From Polyangiaceae bacterium (lineage in GTDB: Bacteria > Myxococcota_A > Polyangia > Polyangiales > Polyangiaceae): DNA of 64,000 nucleotides. Positions 1-9,228 of the stretch are shown piece after piece (position 1 is the first letter of the stretch; each line of letters begins with the position of its first letter). The stretch is taken from positions 96,001-160,000 of the forward strand of contig JANRKO010000006.1 in NCBI GenBank assembly GCA_033763455.1, given 5' to 3'. A model generated the notes under the pieces. It worked only from the letters and a program-made list of their open reading frames with translations, was not told where the DNA came from and did no database searches. Both the position numbers and the translations under genes were made by a program.

Positions 1-1
1 G

Positions 2-841
2 CAGATCGACATATTAGGCCCGTTGCAGAAGAACGAGACCGTCTACCCGACCTACTCCGCTGAGCTTTGGGCCTCGATGTTGGCGGAAACCAATCAGTTC
101 TTTGATTCGGTAATGTGGCAAGGCGATGGAACCTTCAAAACGTTGATGACGAGCGGCAATTCCTTCGCCGACGGCCCGCTTTCCACGCTCTACGGGAGCG
201 ACAATCAGTCCGCTCCCGGGACGCTCATGCCGATCGCGCTGAATCCAGCACAACGCAGCGGCTTGCTCACGCAAGCATCTGTGCTCGCTTCGCACTCCAA
301 GCTGGATGAATCGTTCCCCATCGCTCGCGGTAAGCTCGTGCGCACGCGCTTCCTCTGCCAGGACCTGCCACCCCCACCCCCAGCTATTGCGAACGAAGTG
401 GTGCCCATCCCCGTTGACCCAACCAGGACGGGGCGTGAGACTTTCGAGGCACATTCCATGAATCCTGCGTGTGCCGGTTGCCACGCACTCATCGACCCGG
501 TCGGCTTTGGACTCGAGAATTACGACGGTATTGGCCAGTGGCGCACGCTGGATAACAACAAGCCGATCAATCCCGCGGGGAACATGACGGCTACCCGGGA
601 CATCGACGGTCCATTTACCGGCGTGGAGCTTGCGCAGAAGCTCTCTACCAGCTCCGAGGCGCAAGATTGCTTCTCGCTTCAAGCCATGCGTTGGGCGTTT
701 GGTCGAGAAACCTTCAAGAGTACCACCGATCGCCAAACTGCAACCGCCATTACCACTCAAGTCGGGGCCGGCCTGAACATGCAAGAAGCCCTCGTGGCAC
801 TCATCAAGAGTGATTCCTTCGTCGTTCGCAGCGCCCAGTGA
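2..841 (+). CDS. DUF1592/DUF1588/DUF1585-family protein, 5'-truncated by the window edge
   Basis: Frame is open from base 2. Motifs RSGLLTQASVL, PIARG..VR..FLCQ.LPPPP, TGRE.FEAH...PACAGCH.LIDPVGFGLENYDGIG.WR. Immediately followed by a DUF1552 gene. Confidence 0.9.
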   Translation, partial: QIDILGPLQKNETVYPTYSAELWASMLAETNQFFDSVMWQGDGTFKTLMTSGNSFADGPLSTLYGSDNQSAPGTLMPIALNPAQRSGLLTQASVLASHSKLDESFPIARGKLVRTRFLCQDLPPPPPAIANEVVPIPVDPTRTGRETFEAHSMNPACAGCHALIDPVGFGLENYDGIGQWRTLDNNKPINPAGNMTATRDIDGPFTGVELAQKLSTSSEAQDCFSLQAMRWAFGRETFKSTTDRQTATAITTQVGAGLNMQEALVALIKSDSFVVRSAQ

Positions 842-877
842 GCAGTCTCATCTTCAGTCTTCGAAAGGGAATCTAAA

Positions 878-2296
878 ATGCAAAAGAGCCTGATCCAACG
901 TCGTAGTTTGATAAAGCAGCTCGGTGCGGCTGCGTTCCTGGCGACTCCCGTTTTTCGCTCAGTGTTTGCCGAGGCTCAGGTAGCAAGCCCCAAGCGCCTC
1001 ATCTTGATGGGGATCTTCGGTGGACTGCCAACCAAGATGGATGAGCCGGATTATGACTGGGCGGGGGCGATGTCGGGTCTCAAGGATTTCCAGGCGGAAA
1101 CGATCACTTTTCGCGGGATCAAGAACGAAGCCTGGGCAAAAATGAGTGCCGCTACAGGTACTGACTGCCACGGTGGCGGCACCTGCACCATGTTCAGCGG
1201 ACAATCAGTGCCCGGTCAGAATCATTCTCTTGACCACGTGGTGGCGGACCAAATCGGCGGCGGCAATCGCTTCTCCTCGCTTCAGATCGGCGTTGTTACT
1301 GATGGCGGAGGTGGCATGGATGGCCTCTTTCAGCCCAGTATCAACAATCACCGCACGAGCTGGAGAAATGGCCAGCCCCAGAAGCCTGACCAAGATCCGC
1401 CTGCGCTCTTCAATCGCCTATTCGGCTCGGCTGTTCCCGCGCCTGCTCCCACAGGCACGGCTCCCGATGTCGCCGCTCAGATGGCGGCTCAGAATCGCTA
1501 CGCACGTGGCAAGAGCTTGCTCGACTTTCTCATGGGTCAGGTAACGTCTGTACAAGCTATTGCGGGCGCTGGCGAAAAAGCCAAGCTCGATTCTCACTTA
1601 ACGGCGTTGCGCGAGCTCGAAAAGGGCCTGGTGGATCCTTCCACCATGATGGGGGGAGGATCCGGCGGCGGCGTAGCCGTCACGCCCGGCGCAGGCTGCA
1701 TGCCTCCGGCGATTTCGGGAGTTCCCGGTGTGCTCAATACTGGGCTTGCCGATATTCAGAAGGTCGGCGCCGATCTCACCGCACTAGCCTATCAGGCGCT
1801 CAATTGCGATCTCACGCGAGTCATCTCTTTCATGTGGTTCAGCTCGGGCGATCAGGTTCACCGCTACAACTGGCTCAACGTGGGCGATTCCCATCATGGC
1901 CTGGAGCACAGTTCCAAGGACGAGGGCCCCAACTCCAAGGCAGCTGCAGATTTCTTGGTGCTCCAACGCTGGACCCTCGGCGAGATCGGAAAACTCGCAG
2001 GTATGCTGAAGCAGACTCCTGAGGGTGGCGGAAACATGCTAGATAACTCGGCGCTGCTCATCGGCTCAGACATGGGGCAGGGCGATCACGGTGAACCCGG
2101 CATTCCCATGCCGTATGTGCTGATCGGCAAAGCTGGCGGCTCCATCAAATCAGGTCGTTCGATCACGCACAGTGATCCTGAGCTACCAACATTGTCCCAT
2201 AACGACTTGCTAGTGGCGGTTGGGCAGGCTGTCGGAGCTAACCTTACCTCCATGGGTGATGCGGACTTGAACTCCAGCCCTGTTAGCTTGGGGTGA
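878..2296 (+). CDS. DUF1552-family protein with twin-arginine-type signal
   Basis: N-terminal RRSLIK, SLDHVVADQIG, FSSLQIGV, KLDSHLTALRELE, ALNCDLTRV, HHGLEH, MLDNS. Sits downstream of a DUF1592 gene. Confidence 0.9.
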   Translation: MQKSLIQRRSLIKQLGAAAFLATPVFRSVFAEAQVASPKRLILMGIFGGLPTKMDEPDYDWAGAMSGLKDFQAETITFRGIKNEAWAKMSAATGTDCHGGGTCTMFSGQSVPGQNHSLDHVVADQIGGGNRFSSLQIGVVTDGGGGMDGLFQPSINNHRTSWRNGQPQKPDQDPPALFNRLFGSAVPAPAPTGTAPDVAAQMAAQNRYARGKSLLDFLMGQVTSVQAIAGAGEKAKLDSHLTALRELEKGLVDPSTMMGGGSGGGVAVTPGAGCMPPAISGVPGVLNTGLADIQKVGADLTALAYQALNCDLTRVISFMWFSSGDQVHRYNWLNVGDSHHGLEHSSKDEGPNSKAAADFLVLQRWTLGEIGKLAGMLKQTPEGGGNMLDNSALLIGSDMGQGDHGEPGIPMPYVLIGKAGGSIKSGRSITHSDPELPTLSHNDLLVAVGQAVGANLTSMGDADLNSSPVSLG

Positions 2297-2460
2297 TCAG
2301 TTGCGGTAGGGGGCCTTTGGCCGGCCTCTATGGTTAGGGCGTCCGTGCCCAATCAGTATGCTTGCGCTTGCCAGTGCGGCTTTCCACAAACACTTTAGCT
2401 AGGGTTCGGGTGGCCAAGTACTCATTGCCCCCTGGCTCAGGTCAGTGTATGGTATGTGGT

Positions 2461-2727
2461 ATGGCGTCTGTAAAGGTAACCATCACTCTGGGCGATGCCG
2501 AGCTTCTGCAAATCAAGAAGTTAGCAACGCAAGGGAAAACGCCCAACGTATCAGCCTTCATCCAACATGCTGTTCAAGTTGCTCTGGCGGACGTGGCAGG
2601 CTGGGGGGCCATGCTGGCGCAGGCGCTTCAGCAAACCGGAGGCCCACTTTCAAACTCGGAACGCGCCTGGGCCGACTCGATCTTGAAGCCGACGCCTAGG
2701 GGGCGAGGTCGCAAGCGCGCTGCATGA
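2461..2727 (+). CDS. Antitoxin, ribbon-helix-helix-like (VapB-type)
   Basis: MASVKVTITL...NVSAFIQHAV pattern. ATGA overlap with the PIN gene. Start moved to ATG 2461. Confidence 0.75.
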   Translation: MASVKVTITLGDAELLQIKKLATQGKTPNVSAFIQHAVQVALADVAGWGAMLAQALQQTGGPLSNSERAWADSILKPTPRGRGRKRAA

Positions 2728-3101
2728 GCGGAGCCACGCTCGACACTGGCGCTCTCATCGCGCTCGATCGAAATGACCGGCGCGTGGTCGCGCTTCTGGC
2801 GCGTGCCGCGGAGCTCGGTGCTACCATCACGGTTCCCGCCACGGCCCTCGCCCAGGCGATTCGTCGTCCTGCCCAACAGGCTCGCCTTGCCCGGCTCATT
2901 CGCCAACCGACCACCCAGGTGGCTCAGTTGGATGGCATAGATGCAACACAAGTGGGCATTCTGCTTGCCAGAAGCGGAACCAAAGACATTGTTGATGCGC
3001 ACGTCGTGATTTGTGCGCGGCGAAACGCTCAGTCAATCGTGACAAGCGACGCCCAAGATCTGAGGCGCCTCGATCCAGACGCGCATTTGATCGCCGTCTA
3101 G
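2724..3101 (+). CDS. vapC: PIN-domain toxin (VapC-like)
   Basis: LDTGAL, DIVDAHVV and IVTSD..DL acidic PIN motifs; 125 aa; coupled to a small upstream gene. Confidence 0.85.
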   Translation: MSGATLDTGALIALDRNDRRVVALLARAAELGATITVPATALAQAIRRPAQQARLARLIRQPTTQVAQLDGIDATQVGILLARSGTKDIVDAHVVICARRNAQSIVTSDAQDLRRLDPDAHLIAV

Positions 3102-3122
3102 GCGGGCGAAGGACGACGGGAG

Positions 3123-6100
3123 TTACTTCGCTGTGATGCTGACAGCCTCGATGCTGGCTTTGGCCGAGCTTCCGGGTTCTGCAGCCGTGGGCACTAAGCA
3201 AAGCTCGTGTCCGCTTGCAAGCTCGACCTCAACGTCAAACGCAACCTTGGCGCCGTCGGAGGGCAGGTCCACCACTTTGAGCGTTACCGCGCGCTGCGTG
3301 TCCTTGTTGAGCAACACCAGTTGGTGGGAGGCCGCTTTGCCCTGAAGGCTTTGGGCCGAGGCGAGGCCGCGTATGCGATAAATGCCCGCGCGCTGAGCCA
3401 TAAATACCAATGCCACGGTCTGCTGGCTCTTTTTGTCCGCTTTGCCCACTTCTGGGCCAAAGATAGTGGCTTGGAAGATCCCCTGCTTAACCTCAGCCGA
3501 GGCTTGCCCTCTGGGCGCTACTCCTTGCGGCGACCAGTTGGTGCCGTTCCAGGCTAGCGGTGTGTAGCTCTCGGCCATCATCAGATCGAATGGCGCGAGC
3601 CGATCCAGGCGGAAAACCGGATGGTTGTCGACCAGGTAAGGATTGCCGAGAGTGTTCTGGGGAGAAGGCTTCCACGTCTCGGGAAGGCTCCAGCTGTTGG
3701 GTCCTGAGTCTTCAAAGACGACCTCAAGCTCCCGAAGCTGTACATCTCCGCCTGTAAGCTCTCCAGAAATTCGCGGCAGTACCACGAGTTCCTCACCGGC
3801 CGCGAGCTCGGTGGTGAACTCGGGGAAGGCTTGGTTCTTCCCAAAAGCAAGCGGCATCCGTTGGAGCTCTTGAATGCCTTCCTTCGACTTGCGAAGGAAC
3901 GTAAGGGCCACGGGGTTGCTGCCATCCCAGAGGTTTAACCGGGCATTCCCCTGCAACCGGTAGCGCCCCGCCTTAGGGGCGATGAAGACAAGCGCGCACA
4001 GCTTCTCTTTCGGAGAATCATCATTCGGTGCGCGAAATTCAAGCCTCACGCCTCCTTCTTTCATCTCAGCTTTGGGCTGATCGCCGAAGGTGTGCTGTTT
4101 GGCTTTCCACCAGCCGTTGTCCCAGGTGAGCGGGCGGTAGCTCTGGGCTTTTTCAACATCCGGATAAACCTGATCCAGACGCCAAATAGGCTTGTTCAGG
4201 TGCATCTGTGGATTGCCATCGGCGACGCCATCTTTTTTGCCTGCCCACACCGGAGGGAAGTGGATGCGGCCACTCCCAAGATCCACCAGCGATACAAGAG
4301 AGCGGTCTTGCGGCTTCAAGGCGGCCAGGAAGTCCTTACCGGGTAACTTGGTGCTCGAATAGATGTAAACGGGGCGCCCCGTCTTTGACAGGGTGATGCT
4401 GCGGCCCGAAACGGGCTCCTTGTTGCCCATCGGATCTTCTGCAATCAAATCTGAAAACGGAAGCTCTACCTTAATATCAGAGCGTGCTTCACGATCGGCA
4501 TAAGCCACGATGACTCCGCGCCGGTTCCGAAGGTCCTGAAAGATGCGCAGGTTGGCACCTGGTGGCCGTACACTTCCGACGCGCTCCGAGAGGCCCAAGT
4601 GGTGATTCAGGACGTTCCACGCGCCAGCGAGAGGGAGAGGAAAGCCGTACCAGTCCCAGAGCGAAGTGCCGGGACCATAATAATCCCAGAAGCTCATCCC
4701 GTGCTCCTCGTAATTGATCAAGAACAGGATGGTCTTATCTTGACCAGTAGCCGTGAGCTCGACGACAGAAGCCATCGCGGCATTGGTGCTTTGAGCGGAG
4801 GTGAGGCGCGTTGCTGCTGGAGGCTCATCTACGGCCGTATTCGTGAACGTCCAGCCCTCGTTGAACCAAATCTCGACGTGTTTGCCGCCGAGTTGGTCGA
4901 GCGCCGTGCGCATGCGCCCTATGATCAGTTCGTCAGCCAACCAACCCTCGTGGTATTCATGCCACGACATAATATCGATGTATTTAGCGCCACCGGCTTC
5001 CAGAAAGCGGCGATTGAGCCCACTCGGAATCGTGTAGAGATTGTTCACCATCACCTTTGCTTTGGGATCGACCTGCTTGATCAGGCGTGCGGTGCGGATG
5101 GTGAACTTGGCGTATTCATCCTCTAATTTGTCCCAGTGGTCGAGCTCAGGTTCGTTTTCAATCTCATAGACCACTGAGCGCCCGCGATACGTTTGCACCA
5201 CCTTCTTGATGTAGCGGTCCCACGCTGTCTCAAGCTTCAGGTTTCCCCAGCGCGGATCATTGCCTTTCCAACGCATATCTTTGGGCAGCGGATGTTTGTC
5301 ATCCATGATCCACTTGGGCCAACCGTAGAGCACTACGTGAGTCGACATGCCGGTTGCTTCGAGATCTCGGATCTCTTTTTCGTACGAACGAAACCCGTTC
5401 GTATTGTCAGGCTGTGTGTCCTGCCACTTGCTCGGGGGGTACCAACGACTCCAACCGAACCCCAACTTGGCGCCGAGCTTGGCTCCTTTGGGACCAAGGA
5501 ATGAGGCGCCGAAACGCTCACGCGGATCCGGCTTGCGATCCTTTTGCGGGTAAGGCAGCGAAGTGACGGGAACATCTGACTGATCGATCAACTTTCCGTT
5601 CAGCCAGGCGCTCACGCGGCTAAGCACCGTCCCCGAAGCACCTAGCTTCATGGGCACGGTTTCACTCAGAGTCTGGCCAGGAGCTAACGTGAGCTTGCGT
5701 TCGACCATTGTACTTCTGGGCAGCGTGCCCTCATAGTCAATAAGCTGAAAGCGCACGTTCGCAATTGCGGGTTGGGCGGTGGCGTTGGAAACGTGAGCGG
5801 TCAGCTTGAGTGTCTGACCCGGTTCAAAAAAGCTGCCGTTTGTCTTGAAGCTGGGCATATCGCGCACTTCGCTCAACACTTCTAAGCGGCGGCGAGGCAT
5901 GTAGCCTTTCGTTGTGGCGGTCCCCTCGGTAATCGTAATCGCGTCCACTTCGACCGGCACCGTTCCCTCCAAGAACAGCGCGTACATGGGTGCCACCCAG
6001 AACCCGTCGGTTGGCAAATCCGCTTTTGCTACGAAAGAAAAGCGTTTCCAGGTCTTGTCCACCTTCGCAACCTGAGTACCGGCTGCATCCCAGATCCTTT

Positions 6101-6530
6101 TGGTAGCCTGCGCTTTTTCGCGAGCTGTAGGCGGTACCTGAACATGGAGTTCGCCTGGCGTATCGGCTCGGGCACTCAAAGTGATCGTGTAAGTGCGACC
6201 CATTTGCCAGAGCATGGGAGAGCTCAGCACCCAGCCCTTCTCACTTCGAAATACGTACTTGCCCGAAGGGGCATCCTTGCGCTCGACCACTGATTGCGCG
6301 GGGCCGGCACCGTGCCAATAGAGCAAGCTGCCTTCAAATGAGCCATTTCGCAGTAGATTTTGCGGCGTGGAAGCGTTTACCACTTTTGCGCTTGGGGAAG
6401 GCTTTGCAGCTGTGTATCCCCACGCCGTCGCAAGTATCCCGGTGGTGATTCCTACCTGCCGGACAGCACGAACCAGGGATGTGGATTTTAAAGAGCGCGC
6501 TAGACATGCAAAGGAGCTCATCTTTGGCAA
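3123..6530 (-). CDS. Large secreted clan GH-A-like glycoside hydrolase with N-terminal carbohydrate-binding-like module and a duplicated C-terminal domain
   Basis: Signal-like N-terminus, NLLRNGSFE (CBM-type start), acid/base motif YEIENEP, DIMSWHEY, nucleophile-like IWFNEG. Confidence 0.7.
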   Translation of the reverse strand: MPKMSSFACLARSLKSTSLVRAVRQVGITTGILATAWGYTAAKPSPSAKVVNASTPQNLLRNGSFEGSLLYWHGAGPAQSVVERKDAPSGKYVFRSEKGWVLSSPMLWQMGRTYTITLSARADTPGELHVQVPPTAREKAQATKRIWDAAGTQVAKVDKTWKRFSFVAKADLPTDGFWVAPMYALFLEGTVPVEVDAITITEGTATTKGYMPRRRLEVLSEVRDMPSFKTNGSFFEPGQTLKLTAHVSNATAQPAIANVRFQLIDYEGTLPRSTMVERKLTLAPGQTLSETVPMKLGASGTVLSRVSAWLNGKLIDQSDVPVTSLPYPQKDRKPDPRERFGASFLGPKGAKLGAKLGFGWSRWYPPSKWQDTQPDNTNGFRSYEKEIRDLEATGMSTHVVLYGWPKWIMDDKHPLPKDMRWKGNDPRWGNLKLETAWDRYIKKVVQTYRGRSVVYEIENEPELDHWDKLEDEYAKFTIRTARLIKQVDPKAKVMVNNLYTIPSGLNRRFLEAGGAKYIDIMSWHEYHEGWLADELIIGRMRTALDQLGGKHVEIWFNEGWTFTNTAVDEPPAATRLTSAQSTNAAMASVVELTATGQDKTILFLINYEEHGMSFWDYYGPGTSLWDWYGFPLPLAGAWNVLNHHLGLSERVGSVRPPGANLRIFQDLRNRRGVIVAYADREARSDIKVELPFSDLIAEDPMGNKEPVSGRSITLSKTGRPVYIYSSTKLPGKDFLAALKPQDRSLVSLVDLGSGRIHFPPVWAGKKDGVADGNPQMHLNKPIWRLDQVYPDVEKAQSYRPLTWDNGWWKAKQHTFGDQPKAEMKEGGVRLEFRAPNDDSPKEKLCALVFIAPKAGRYRLQGNARLNLWDGSNPVALTFLRKSKEGIQELQRMPLAFGKNQAFPEFTTELAAGEELVVLPRISGELTGGDVQLRELEVVFEDSGPNSWSLPETWKPSPQNTLGNPYLVDNHPVFRLDRLAPFDLMMAESYTPLAWNGTNWSPQGVAPRGQASAEVKQGIFQATIFGPEVGKADKKSQQTVALVFMAQRAGIYRIRGLASAQSLQGKAASHQLVLLNKDTQRAVTLKVVDLPSDGAKVAFDVEVELASGHELCLVPTAAEPGSSAKASIEAVSITAK

Positions 6531-7155
6531 GTGCCACAGCTTTATACCCAGTGTCTAGGGTGAAGAAGGTGCTTGGTCGGGCCTCGCGCAGCGCACTCCG
6601 GTCTCGCTACCACCAGGCGTATTCGATGTTCGCTGACGCGTTTTACGGCCTGACTGATACGAAGTTCGGGGACTCCATGCTCTGCGGCGGCGGGATCAGC
6701 GAGATCCGTGCATAGGTAAGTAGCCTCTTTGGGGACATTCGTATCGGCAAGGCTCCGCAGTCTGCTCGTGGGCTTCTGCGCACCATGATGCGTGGCGTGG
6801 GTGAATCGAAGCCCCTACGGTGGAAAATAAGGGGGCCGCCCAAGAGCGGCGACAGAAAGAGCGCCAATAGTACCACCTGCTGGCGCTCCAGCTCTGCCGC
6901 CTCACGAGTTGAGCGGCCCCTTGCACAAAACTTTGTGGTGCCGACGTTAGTTACCGGCACACGTTAGCGCGTGCGTGTAGAAGAGCCGGGAGAATAAGAC
7001 CGCCGCTTGAGTGGCTTTCCTGCGCTCGCTGCCTTTCCACATAACATTCTTTAGCCTCCCGTACGGGTGTTGGCAATAGCAAAATTGCGCAGCCGTAGGT
7101 CAATTCAATGACAGCACTCTAGATTCTTGCTGCGCAGCTCGGCACGAGTGAGCAC

Positions 7156-7367
7156 GATGTGGAGTCGATGAGCAATAGCTGGATTGAGTAGGAAAATAAG
7201 CGAATAGGATGTGGAGTCAATGAACGAGATGTGGAGTCAGTGAACAAGATGTGGAGTCAGTGAACAAGATGTGGAGTCAGTGAACGAGATGTGGAGTCAG
7301 TGAACGAGATGTGGAGTCAGTGAACAAGATGTGGAGTCAGTGAACAAGATGTGGAGTCAGTGAACAA
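7156..7367. repeat. 20-bp tandem repeat GATGTGGAGTCAGTGAAC(A/G)A: 8 contiguous copies at 7208-7367 plus a degenerate copy at 7156-7175
   Basis: Read directly: units start at 7208, 7228, 7248, 7268, 7288, 7308, 7328 and 7348. The unit is non-triplet and gives stops on both strands. Confidence 0.97.
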
Positions 7368-7480
7368 AGTGGCCAAATCACTCGGACGCTTCCGCGCGCT
7401 TTGCCGTCCGTGTAGTTGATGCGAGCCTTACGCGAGTCCCGGATTGTCTTGGGGAGGGAGCGCGTGGGCGCCAAGAATCT

Positions 7481-8970
7481 CTACGCTCTGTAGTTTAGGC
7501 GGGCGCGATGGCGCCGCCAAAGAGCCATGCCGTAGAGAGCAGTGAGCAAGAAGGCTCCGGCCCAGCTGCTTCTCCCCGAAGCTCCAGCACTCACCGCACA
7601 TGAATTGCGTGCCGGTCCCTCAGGAGAATCGAGTTTTTACAGGCTGACCGTGAACGATCGCTTGCGGGGAGGGGCTTCGTGGTTGGGGGCTGCTCGAAGA
7701 CAGAAAGCTGCTCGCCCTCCAAGCCATCGTGGCCGATCTTTGCGACGTCAATCTGCGGAGCTTCGCCGGAGCCTGGGAAATACCTGCTCTTGGTCGGGGA
7801 CAGTACCTTCGATCCCCACAATCACTTAGGAAAAAACGTTGTCGATTTCTTGCCGGTGCCAACCATCAACACACCTGCCTTTGAAACCGCATACGACGAT
7901 TTCTAACGGAAAACCTGAATTCGTTCGCGTAGATCCCTGGCTCCCCCAAACCCCAAAACTCCAAGGTATCATCGGCGTCGAAGGTGCCGTCCCCACCATC
8001 TGTAATCACACGTGAAATGTCGGCCCCATTTTTCCAGAGGGCGATTTGATTCGAGGGAATTACGAGCGGGAAACCTTGTGCGTAAAGGTCCGCTCCAGTT
8101 ACGCGCTGCCAGCCAGCCTTCAACACGCCGAGCTTAATGAGTGGAGGGCCTGAGACAGGAGCTACCTCCATAGAGCGCGCTACTGGTGCGAAATCTGCCC
8201 CGGCGTCCAGCGCGGATACCGGATCTGTCGCCAATGACATCGGTTGGCTCGCAAGCACAGGCTCTGGTTGCTGCCTGGCCCTCCAAACGCTCATCAACGA
8301 CTCATCCGCACTGCCTGAGGGCGCGCTAGGCGCAAACGGTCCGTGACGCGTGGTCACGCCTTGGGCATCCACATCATCCACGAAGTAACGCACCGGCCCA
8401 GCTCCCCAACCCGTAGGATCTAGCCAAAAATACGGTGAATTGCCGTTGCCGCCCACCATCGCGCGCAACAGCGAACCTTCGACCAAGTCCTTCGTGAGCT
8501 GCGAGAATACGCCCCCCTGCTCGCGTACCACCTGAAACCCGAGGGTGTCGCGCTCAAGGCCCGTTTCCCAGCCGAGCAATACTTGGCCATTGGGAAGCTT
8601 GAGCGCGCGCCCACCGAGGAAATCCACAGCAAAGGCGGGAGCGGCCTCTTCTGTGCCGATCGCTGTGTAAAACGTGGTTGGGGAATTCTGATTGTTGTAA
8701 GCCGTCCTGGCCCAATCGGCGTTGCGAGCCACGTTCGAGATCATGACTTCGTCGGTCCACCCCATCAAGTTTCTTGTCCCTGTGGACGTCAGTCCGCCCA
8801 ATGTCACTGGAGTAGTGGACGAATTGAGCGTCCCAGGCGTTCCCACCGCGTAGTTACACGCGGCACCTACGCCCGGATAGGAAATCGGAAGTGCTGGCTT
8901 GATCGTCGTAGACGCAGCCCAAGAGCAGCCCACTCAGCCCCCGCCAAAGGTTCTTCATTCGCATGCTCAT
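7481..8970 (-). pseudogene. Remnant of a large surface protein (LamG/DUF2341-like + peptidase C25-like + MYXO-CTERM-like tail)
   Basis: Four pieces. Signal-like start MSMRMKNLWRGLSGLLLGC at 8970, out of frame with the main fragment. Main fragment 7910-8933 with DEVMISNVARNADW..TAYNNQ, LGWETGLE..TLGFQV.R, IKLGV.KAGWQRVTGADL, TFDADDTLEFWG. C25-core-like piece on the opposite strand at 7778-7903. Tail SCAVSAG...WAGAFLLTALYGMALWRRHRAR at 7630-7481. Confidence 0.7.
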
Positions 8971-9228
8971 TCTGGTCACCGATCGCAGGCGGGGGGGAAC
9001 CCTCCCTCGGACGAGAGCCCGCTCTAGCTTGCGAACGGCGAAGCTCGCGATTGCTTGAGTTGTAACGGGGCCGTCCGCCTCTCCTGTGTGCGTTTCTTCC
9101 GTAAAGATGCCTACATGCACGCAGGGCAAGCTTTCAAAAACCTGGATGACCAGTGGCACCCGGTCTTGGCTAGCGTTCATCGTCGTAGCGTCAGAGGCCT
9201 TGGCGGCCTAAACCTCCGCCCGAGCCGG

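Noticed and set aside
7156..7367. 20-bp array as a CRISPR array
   Set aside because: The copies are contiguous with no unique spacers (only one 32-nt gap), the unit is short and non-palindromic, and no cas gene is in the window.
7777..7903. Recombinase-driven phase-variable invertible switch
   Set aside because: Only 5 bp of inverted identity, no recombinase nearby, and re-inversion does not restore an open frame.
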